In this document: positions 54,947-64,000 of the stretch, piece after piece | How positions within the stretch are numbered: the first letter of the stretch is position 1 | How the letters are laid out: each line of letters starts with the position of its first letter | Origin: Octopus vulgaris | Lineage: Eukaryota | Direction of reading: 5' to 3' | Length of the DNA: 64,000 nt | Assembly (NCBI GenBank): GCA_951406725.2 | Contig: OX597814.1 | Coordinates: forward strand, 136,896,001 to 136,960,000 | Notes under the pieces: model-generated | What the model was told of the DNA's origin: nothing | The model's input: only the letters and a program-made list of their open reading frames with translations | Databases searched by the model: none | Position numbers and translations under genes: made by a program

Positions 54947-55144
54947 TAACGATTTTTTTAGAGATTTCTATCGGTTTGTTTCGAGACGCATAAATTATAA
55001 TGGTTATTGAAAAGTTTTTTTCTTTTTTTCGGCATATTTGGCATTAGAATTTTTCTTTTGCCCTTATCTTGTAAATTATATATATTTTTTTTTTTGTACT
55101 TGTTTCAGTCATTTGACTGCGGCCATGCTGGAGCACCGCCTTTT

Positions 55145-55467
<323 letters not shown>

Positions 55468-55508
55468 TATATATATATACATCCCCTGCCGGAGATGGAA
55501 AGGAAGGC

Positions 55509-55850
55509 ATGGAAAAGGAAGGTGCAGGCTGGCATGGAAAGGAAGGTGCAGGCTGCCGCTTTGCACATCGGGGACCCTGCCACAGAGACACGAGGCAGAT
55601 GGACAAACCATCAACACAAAGAAAAGGGATGGACCACGCACCACCTGCTCCAAAGCGGAGGTACGCAGATGTTGTGCGCACCACAAACCGCCAACATGAT
55701 GTTGTCGAAAGAGCAGCTGCTGAGCAACAATCTTTTTTGTGCATGGCACAAAAGATTGTACAGCAGCTGACCTGGCTTCATCAAACCCAAGCCCGCAGGT
55801 GGGACTACCCACTATATACCAGACCACCACAGCAAACAGACACAGGATGA
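55509..55850 (+). CDS. C-terminal remnant of LINE ORF1
   Basis: [14 protein letters not shown] Cys/His motif; stop TGA (55848-55850) overlaps the ORF2 ATG (55847-55849). Confidence 0.55.
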   Translation: MEKEGAGWHGKEGAGCRFAHRGPCHRDTRQMDKPSTQRKGMDHAPPAPKRRYADVVRTTNRQHDVVERAAAEQQSFLCMAQKIVQQLTWLHQTQARRWDYPLYTRPPQQTDTG

Positions 55851-58843
55851 ACACCGCCGGCAACAACGTACACCTCACCTCGATGCTCCTACTGAACATC
55901 AGAGGACTGCAAACACTCAGTAACAGGACAAAGATCCCGTTCCTGAGAGACTTTGTTGCATGCAATCAAGCCTTAAGCATAGCACTTACAGAAACGCACC
56001 TGAAACCGGACATAGCAGATGCGGAGTTACACATACCACAGTATGCTGTACTACGGACCGACAGGAAAGAAAGGAGTCATGGAGGTGTTGCTATGTACAT
56101 CCGGGAGGACCTCACACCCCAGGTCCTCTTGTCATACTCAAACTCGGTGTGTGACACACTAATTGTACATATTAGGCAACTTGATGTAGTTGTGTGTGCT
56201 ACATATCGCCCTCCAGATGCCCCAAGCCATGTGGGCAAGTTTGAAGACTGCCTTATAAAAATAGAAGAAATTCTAACCACATTAGAACAACACATAGGTG
56301 TGCTTCTTATGGGAGACTTCAATCTGCCCAATGTCAGATGGCCCGAGGGCCTTTCTCTCCCAGGAATGACAAGATGTGAACGAGGACAGGCGAGGTCCCT
56401 CCTGAACCTCATCAACACCCTGTACATGGAGCAGGTAATACTCCAACCAACCAGGGCAGGTAACACACTGGATCTCTGCTTCACAAATGACATGGATCTC
56501 ATCCATAATGTGAAAGTGACACCGACACTACTCTCGGATCACAACATGATAGAGCTGACCATGTACGGGCCAAAAGAGAGCACGGACATGCAGCCTACAA
56601 GAAACCCTCAAAATCTTTCCAGCTTGAACTACCATAAGGCAAACTGGAAACAAATTGAGAAAGAGATCCTCAAACAAAACTGGCCTAAATGTCTCTCCTC
56701 GCCAGACATCGACGTGAAACTTCAACAATTCATGTCTGTAATGCAAGCCATATGCTACAAATGTGTCCCAGAGAGAAAGGCCACTGTACACAAGAACAAA
56801 ATCCCCAGAGAGAGGAAAATTTTAATGAGACAGCGTACGAAATTTTCAAATCGCCTAAACAAACAGATTGAAAGCAGTGAAAAGTCCCGCCTAAAAATAA
56901 AACTGTTGGAAATCGAAAAATGTCTGCAACTCTCCCATGAAAAAGAAAGAGCAGACAAAGAAGCCTGGGCTATAGAAAACATAAAATCTAACCCCAGAGC
57001 TTTCTACAGGTATGCCAAAGAAACAGCTACAGTGCACTGTAGAATAGGGCCACTCCTCGAAAAGGATGGCACACTTACAGGAAAACCAATGAGGGTAAGT
57101 GAAATACTGAATGAGCAATTCAAGAGTGTTTTCACTCCACCCCTTGGGCATCTCCAAATCACCAATCCAACTGACTTTTTTACCACTGCAGATATAAAAT
57201 CAGAGGCGGCGACGATAGATTACATCGATATAAAGGAAGACGATGTAACCAAGGCTATAGATGAAATGAAAACAGACTCAGCTACTGGCCCCGATGGATT
57301 CCCGGCAATCCTCCTAAAAGCATGTAAGAGAGTCCTAGCAAGACCACTGCAGTTCCTCTTTCAGAGCTTCCTTGCAGCTGGCAAACTTCCAGGAAAACTG
57401 AAGGAAGGTAAAATATGCCCCATTCATAAAGGAGGTAGCAGAGCGGAAGCCAAGAACTATAGACCTATCTCTCTGACCTCACACATCAGCAAGGTCATGG
57501 AACGAATAGTCAGAAGGAAGCTGATCACCTTCCTTGAAGAGAATGACTTGCTGCCCGACACCCAACATGGTTTCCGACCAGGGAGAAGCTGTTTAACTCA
57601 GCTCCTACAACACTATGACTGGGTGCTGAAACGGCTGCTCAACCACTCAAATGTGGAAGTGATATATCTCGACTTTGCAAAGGCCTTTGATAAAGTCGAT
57701 CATGGAATGATATGTCACAAACTGCGTGATCTCAACATAGTTGGAAAACTGGGAGAATGGCTTCATGACTTTCTGAAGGATAGAAGTCAGGTGGTAGTAG
57801 CCAATGGGGCCACCTCCATTAACACACAAATAGTGAGCGGTGTTCCGCAGGGCACTGTTCTGGGACCACTACTGTTCATAATGGCCCTCTCAGACATGCC
57901 CTCAGCCACGCAGAGAGCCACGATCACAAGTTATGCAGATGATACAAAAGTTTCACAGGCAATACAGAACCCTGAGGACACTAAACACCTGCAATGTGAG
58001 CTGGACGAAATATACAAGTGGGCTGAAAAGAATAGCATGCAGTTCAATGCTGGAAAGTTTCAAGCTTTATACTATCAGCATGCAAAACTGAATGCAATAC
58101 CCAATGAATACACTGGACCCGGAGGGATTGCAATCCCAGAGGCACAATCAGTGCGTGACCTGGGTATTCACATGAGTGATGATGCGACCTTTCATGTACA
58201 TGTTGCTAAACTGACAATGAAATGTAGACGGCTGGCTGGATGGATTCTTAGAACCTTTAGAACAAGAGAACAAGAAACCATGATGGTCCTCTGGAAGACA
58301 CTTGTCCTAAGCCACTTTGACTATTGCTCTCAGCTATGGTCACCATCCAGTGTCAAGTTGATCACAGAACTTGAGGCGATCCAACGAAGCTACACGAAGA
58401 AGATAGCCTCTATGCAGAATGTAAGCTACTGGGAAAGACTCAAGAGATTAAAATTATATTCCCTGGAGCGTAGGCGGGAAAGATATGCCATAATATACAT
58501 CTGGAAGATCCTGGAGGGAAGTGTCCTGAACTTTGGCATCGAGAGTTACGCAAATGCCAGAACTGGGCGCCACTGCGTGGTGCCTAGGACTCCAAACCTG
58601 CCATCAAGATGTAGGACAAGATTCTGTGATAGCCTGGGCTTCCGAGGCCCACAGCTCTTCAATATCCTCCCGAAGAACCTGAGAGACCTGCATGGGGTGG
58701 ATACAGATGTCTTTAAAATGAAGCTGGATCTCTTCCTGTCAGGTGTCCCAGATGAACCAACTTCACGGCAGGAGGGGCAGATGAGGGCAGCTGCATCGAA
58801 CTCTCTCATGCACCAAATAGCAGTTGCTAGAAAGCCTCCATGA
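55847..58843 (+). CDS. LINE ORF2: APE-type endonuclease + reverse transcriptase, 998 aa, uninterrupted
   Basis: EN motifs LNIRGL, LTETHL, YRPP, MGDFN, LDL, SDHN; RT motifs [40 protein letters not shown]; C-terminal LERRR. Confidence 0.97.
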   Translation: MNTAGNNVHLTSMLLLNIRGLQTLSNRTKIPFLRDFVACNQALSIALTETHLKPDIADAELHIPQYAVLRTDRKERSHGGVAMYIREDLTPQVLLSYSNSVCDTLIVHIRQLDVVVCATYRPPDAPSHVGKFEDCLIKIEEILTTLEQHIGVLLMGDFNLPNVRWPEGLSLPGMTRCERGQARSLLNLINTLYMEQVILQPTRAGNTLDLCFTNDMDLIHNVKVTPTLLSDHNMIELTMYGPKESTDMQPTRNPQNLSSLNYHKANWKQIEKEILKQNWPKCLSSPDIDVKLQQFMSVMQAICYKCVPERKATVHKNKIPRERKILMRQRTKFSNRLNKQIESSEKSRLKIKLLEIEKCLQLSHEKERADKEAWAIENIKSNPRAFYRYAKETATVHCRIGPLLEKDGTLTGKPMRVSEILNEQFKSVFTPPLGHLQITNPTDFFTTADIKSEAATIDYIDIKEDDVTKAIDEMKTDSATGPDGFPAILLKACKRVLARPLQFLFQSFLAAGKLPGKLKEGKICPIHKGGSRAEAKNYRPISLTSHISKVMERIVRRKLITFLEENDLLPDTQHGFRPGRSCLTQLLQHYDWVLKRLLNHSNVEVIYLDFAKAFDKVDHGMICHKLRDLNIVGKLGEWLHDFLKDRSQVVVANGATSINTQIVSGVPQGTVLGPLLFIMALSDMPSATQRATITSYADDTKVSQAIQNPEDTKHLQCELDEIYKWAEKNSMQFNAGKFQALYYQHAKLNAIPNEYTGPGGIAIPEAQSVRDLGIHMSDDATFHVHVAKLTMKCRRLAGWILRTFRTREQETMMVLWKTLVLSHFDYCSQLWSPSSVKLITELEAIQRSYTKKIASMQNVSYWERLKRLKLYSLERRRERYAIIYIWKILEGSVLNFGIESYANARTGRHCVVPRTPNLPSRCRTRFCDSLGFRGPQLFNILPKNLRDLHGVDTDVFKMKLDLFLSGVPDEPTSRQEGQMRAAASNSLMHQIAVARKPP

Positions 58844-59171
58844 AGTGAAACCAAGTAGCAACACCAAATGGCGGTGCCCCAGCATGGCCACAGCTCATAA
58901 GCTGAAACTAGAATCATTCAATCATATATATATATATATATACACTGCCGGTCAAGTAGTGTGGAGCGACTGACCTCCCTTGTTCGAAGGTTATATGGAT
59001 ACAGTTTGTGTATCAAATAGCTAACTTAAGGCGATGGCCTCATGGAGCTAATAAGCGGACAGCTTTATTCTTATTTTTATAAGAATGCCATATTAGTATG
59101 GCGATAACTATTATTTTCCGGGAACGCTGCCGCTGTTCTCTTTTAGAGAGACTTAGTAATTTTAATATTTC

Positions 59172-59627
<456 letters not shown>

Positions 59628-59662
59628 ATTATATATATATACACACACACACATACACACAC

Positions 59663-59693
<31 letters not shown>

Positions 59694-59715
59694 CATACAT
59701 ACATACATACATACA

Positions 59716-59750
<35 letters not shown>

Positions 59751-60037
59751 GTATGTTTGTATCTCCGTATGTGTGTGTTTCTTTTGACTATTCTTTCAAA
59801 CGTGTAACTTGTTTATCGAGTTTGAAAAGGAAAAAAAACCATCAAATTTGAAATAACAATCGAAATATTTGTGTTTAAATTGATGTTTAAATGAATAACT
59901 ATGGCGTGAAAGAGATAACATGAACAATGTATGTGTACAAAGTTGGTGGAAAGTCGACATTATACGCGTTTTGTATTGTTTGACTTTTTCCCATGTCAGT
60001 TTTGTTAAACTTATGTTTCAAATGCCTCGGTGCATAC

Positions 60038-60075
<38 letters not shown>

Positions 60076-60076
60076 G

Positions 60077-60126
<50 letters not shown>

Positions 60127-60182
60127 TATATACATATATATATACACATATATACATATATATATACATATATATATATGTA

Positions 60183-60250
<68 letters not shown>

Positions 60251-60280
60251 TTGGTCTACCGTGTTTAGATAGATAGATAC

Positions 60281-60314
<34 letters not shown>

Positions 60315-60895
60315 GGACGGACAGACAGGCAGACAGACAGACAGATAGACAGACAGATAGACAGACAGGCAGAGAGACAGACAGACAGACAGGTAGGTAG
60401 GTAGGTAGGTAGGTAGGTAGGTAGGTAGGTAGGTAAGTAGGTAGGTATTGACCATATCGCGCTTACGAGGTGGTTGGCGGGCAATTTGAATCTGGCCTTG
60501 TACATACGTGCATATATGTATGTATGGACGTTCGTATATGTAAGTATAACGTGTGTTCTGTATATATATATATTTGTATTTATGTGCCCATCTGGTATAT
60601 TCAACTGATAAATGCAGAGCTTATTTGAAGCAAAGCTAGAAATCCAGGATCTTGAATTATCCAGTAATATCTTTTTGCTAGTTTATTTTGTCTCTCTGTC
60701 TTATATCGTGGTGCGATATGAACATTTTAGATGGTTTTTGGAGTCAGGGATTTGATTGCTATTTCGGCATGGTGGTGTCTCTCAGATACCCTTATTTATA
60801 GTTGTAAAAAATTATTACCTTTGTATGGTATTTATTCCCATGCTGGCCACTTGATAATATTGATATTTAAATATCGATATTGTCCTTATTTATAA

Positions 60896-60946
<51 letters not shown>

Positions 60947-60997
60947 CAGAAAATGTATAGGTTGTAAAATTGCGAATGACCCAACCATATTATTTTA

Positions 60998-61842
60998 CAT
61001 GGAAAAATGCGAGCATGAGAAATAATATTCTTAAGATTATAAACCTGTAAAAATGCAGGACAAATTTTTACACTTGGAAAAGTTCAGGACAAGTTGCTTT
61101 ATGTGGTAAAGTACAGAACAAGAAAATCTTTACTTAAAATATTACAGCTAAGGATAAAATTTCAAATAAAATATTTAGTTTTGGAAAATATTAGCTTTTA
61201 TTAAAACTAAAAAATTTATCACAAGTTATTACTTTTATTTGTTATTACTTGTTACTTCTATTAAAGAATTAAAATAAGTCAAAATATTTTTTGCACTTTA
61301 AAAAACTTAATTATTAATTAATAATTAGAAATATGAAAATAGTTTATAAAAAATAATAGTAGAACATAGTTGGTTAGTACAATAAATAGAATAATACAAA
61401 AATTAGTTATATATTACAGTAAAATCTACCTATAACAACAAATTCATCGTAAAATTTGCTTGAGTTATTGCCTAAGTTATTGCCAAGTCTTCACATTTTT
61501 AGTCTTGAATTTACCTCCATATATACCATTCTACTTTGCATAAAACTTTAGCTATATTGGTACTTCTGGCTCTCACTTTTTAAGTATTCTAGTGTGTCAC
61601 TATTTTAATAAAATGATGGTACCTTTTTTAATTATAATGTTACTTTGTAAATTAAAATCAAATAATTTTTAATACTCAAATTTTATCCTTAGTTGCAATA
61701 TTTTAAGTAAAAACTTGCTTGTTCTGTACTTTACCAGATGTAATAACTTGTCCTGAACATTTCCAAGTGTAATAACTTCTCCTATACTTTTCCAGGTTTA
61801 TAATCTTAAGAATATTATTTTTCTTGCTCGCATTTTCCCATG
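60998..61842. mobile_element. Foldback/MITE-like element with ~180-200-bp imperfect TIRs, TA-flanked
   Basis: TA|CATGGAAAAATGCGAGCA...AATAATATTCTTAAGATTATAAACCTG mirrors CAGGTTTATAATCTTAAGAATATTATT...TGCTCGCATTTTCCCATG|TA. Confidence 0.8.
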
Positions 61843-62507
61843 TAATCCATGTTTTTTTCTAGGCTGTGTTACTATGCTAATTAATAATTTGTCAATTAGC
61901 GGTGTCGTTGATACATTTTCCTTAACTCAATGATGCGGGTGACATATATTAAAAGTCCCCTTATAGAACTATATTCATAAAACAGTATAGAACTATATTA
62001 TCACACTCAAATTTGAGAAACAAACACTCATAGCTTTTTCTTTTAAACCTACCATAAAATTCCTCGAATTGAGCTCTGTTATTTAAGCTTAATTAAAATA
62101 TAGTTTGTTTTTAAAATAAAAAAGTTAATTATATTTAAATCCAATTTTTTGCCTTATATTTTTCTTCGTGATATTTTACCTCACAAATTTTTTGATACAA
62201 ATTTTTGTCGCATGGGACAAAAACTATGAAATTCTACATGCTTTCTTCTATCACTGAAGCTATGATAAATATATTTTGCTTTTAAAATACAAAAAGTTAT
62301 TTAGATCTAAACTCTACAAATTTTGATGTAAGCTTTTTTCTACTGGACCAAGTCTTAATTTTTTCATGCCAAAATATAGCTAGGGACCAGTCCTCTTTGA
62401 AAATGTTACGGTTTTCAATTTGGTTAAGAACTGAATTAGCGACAAGCTCTGAAAGTTACTGCAAATTGTGGCCTTAAGAATATTACTGAACTACTACCGT
62501 AGTTAAA

Positions 62508-62605
<98 letters not shown>

Positions 62606-62691
62606 GGTAATGCTTCAACAAATAAAAAAGCACTCGGCCAGCTAAGAGAGTAAAGATAACCTTAAACTAAAACACCACAAATCTTGTAAAT

Positions 62692-62750
62692 ACAGCTACC
62701 CAGGGTTTCCTGGTCGAAATACAAATTTAATCCGCCATTTATCAAGCTGC
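62692..62750 (-). ncRNA. Hammerhead ribozyme (U3-A8 variant) in the PLE 3' UTR
   Basis: GCAGC-TTGATAA-A-TGG-21nt-CCA-G-GAAA-CCCTGGG-TA-GCTGT. Confidence 0.7.
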
Positions 62751-62915
62751 AAACAAGACCGTTGGTCAGTTGTCTTTTGAGCTGCTGACGCTTAGACAAG
62801 AGACGCTTGCAAAAAAGAAGACAAGAAAAAACACAAGGGAAATAACCAACGTTACAATAATTCGATATCAAGCAGACGTTAACCAGATGTTAATGGTTTA
62901 CTAAGTGTCCAGTGG

Positions 62916-63349
62916 TCAGCTTTTAAATTCCGACAATATGTATTTTTTGAAATGCAGACATATAGAAAAAATTTCGTTCCTCGAATCCATGTATTTGCTA
63001 GAGGTTCTCAAGTTTTAAGAGATACAGTTTTTTAAGCATTTTTTAGACCCGTTAATATAGAGTCTGGATTTGGAGAGAATTCTCCATTTTGTATCGAACT
63101 GATTCCTTCGCCTTTAAGTTTCCAGATTAAACACAAACTTGTTGTTGAATCTCTTTTATCACGACACCTAAAATTCGAAAGATGGTTGTTATATCTAGAT
63201 ATAAATTTTCCTTCCGCGGCTCCGATATAACGTTTGATATCTGTACGACCATAACCGCAACTTGCTGAAACGTGTACTTCATAACCAACCGAAGATAAAT
63301 AGCACTCCTGTCCCTGAGGACATTTAGATCTGTCTCTACATGTACATCT
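62916..63349 (-). pseudogene. PLE GIY-YIG endonuclease remnant (CxCR..CP...C type), frameshifted
   Basis: RCTCRDRSKCPQGQECYLSSVGYEVHV...RYIGAAEGKFISRYNNHLSNFR...IWKLK /fs/ KWRILSKSRLYINGSKKC ... DSRNEIFSICLHFKKYIL*. Confidence 0.85.
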
Positions 63350-63390
63350 GGGGAAGACGTGAGCCGTCCGTTGCTTATTAATATAGCATT

Positions 63391-63445
63391 CAGTTTGATA
63401 GATGGCTGAATAAATTAGTTTTGACCAGGAAACCCTGGGTAGCTG
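63391..63445 (+). ncRNA. Degenerate inverted copy of the 62692-62750 hammerhead
   Basis: CAGT-TTGATAG-ATGG...CCAG-GAAA-CCCTGGG-TA-GCTG. Confidence 0.55.
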
Positions 63446-63505
63446 TATTTAACATGATGTGTGGTTTTATTATTTAAAGATTTTAAATAGATAGATAGAT
63501 ATATT

Positions 63506-63606
<101 letters not shown>

Positions 63607-63804
63607 TCATAGACACATACACATGGCAGAAAAGTTCATATGCTGATTATGAAGTGATGTTACAGCTGTGAAATCTTGCATGCATTCATTTCAACTCCTA
63701 CAAATAATTGCATTGTTTCTTTCTAGGTAAACTGATATTTGACCCTTCAAAGAAGACTTCAAAAGTAACCACTAGTGACTTCTCTTGAAAATCGACAAAA
63801 TTTG

Positions 63805-64000
63805 GAATTGTAGGGTTATCAAGTACCTACAGAAAAACGGTTTAGCCCCCTTGACATTCAAGCTTACATGGTTGCTACATCAAGGAATGACGCTCAAGGT
63901 TTATCAACAGCGTAAAAGTGAGCAACTGTATGTAGGAGAAGAGAGAGTCTTGTAGATGACCCAAGGTCTGGACATCATCCAACTGTGACCACCGAGAAGG
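63805..64000 (+). pseudogene. Mariner transposase N-terminal remnant (runs off the window)
   Basis: RVIKYLQKNGLAPLDIQAYMVAT...RESLVDDPRSG.HPTVTTE. Confidence 0.7.

Larger units (their letters stand above)
54545..55079. mobile_element. Non-coding palindromic element with two divergent hammerheads, adjacent to (TA)n
   Basis: Arms 54631-54846 and 54862-55079 are near-perfect reverse complements with a 15-nt spacer; the left arm continues into a 3'-terminal hairpin signature. Confidence 0.9.
55482..58924 (+). mobile_element. Young 5'-truncated LINE (CR1/L2 group) inserted in (TA)n
   Basis: ORF1 remnant + intact ORF2 + short 3' UTR ending AATCATTCAATCA; microsatellites on both flanks. Confidence 0.9.
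62603..63487 (-). mobile_element. 5'-truncated Penelope-like element with an inverted partial pLTR copy at its 5' end
   Basis: GIY-YIG remnant, HHR in the 3' UTR, 62660-62750 duplicated in inverted orientation at 63390-63480; flanked by (TA)n and (GATA)n. Confidence 0.85.

Noticed and set aside
55739-55846. ORF2 start at 55739 as given in the track
   Set aside because: Non-ATG start overlapping the ORF1 remnant; ATG 55847, just before the EN domain, is more plausible
56077-58917. Antisense and alternate-frame ORFs inside the LINE
   Set aside because: Shadow ORFs of ORF2
62660-63480. DNA transposon with terminal inverted repeats
   Set aside because: The inverted repeats contain a hammerhead and enclose a GIY-YIG remnant, which fits a PLE inverted pLTR

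Overview
AT-rich eukaryotic DNA, essentially intergenic or intronic, saturated with microsatellites ((TA)n, (CA)n, (TACA)n, (GATA)n, (TAA)n) and tRNA-derived SINEs. The repeat style resembles octopus/cephalopod DNA (inference). Almost all short ORFs in the track are microsatellite artefacts. Supported coding content is transposon-derived: an intact ~998-aa endonuclease+RT ORF2 of a CR1/L2-group LINE (55847-58843), two Penelope-like (PLE) GIY-YIG remnants (25548-26699 and 62916-63349, both minus), a Helitron with a PIF1-helicase remnant, and several Tc1/mariner fossils. There is also a U6 snRNA pseudogene. The most striking signal is non-coding: about 17 hammerhead-ribozyme (HHR) motifs. Five lie in a near-identical 512-bp tandem array arranged as a large inverted structure (12884-15385, retrozyme-like) and two lie in a ~450-bp palindrome (54631-55079). 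These HHR elements are embedded in (TA)n and share a 3'-terminal signature (GCTRG[A]CC-hairpin-CCTA-(TA)n) with the PLE at 62.6-63.5 kb. This suggests a PLE-driven family of non-coding, self-cleaving, microsatellite-targeting retroelements. All calls were made by eye; boundaries of decayed repeats are approximate.
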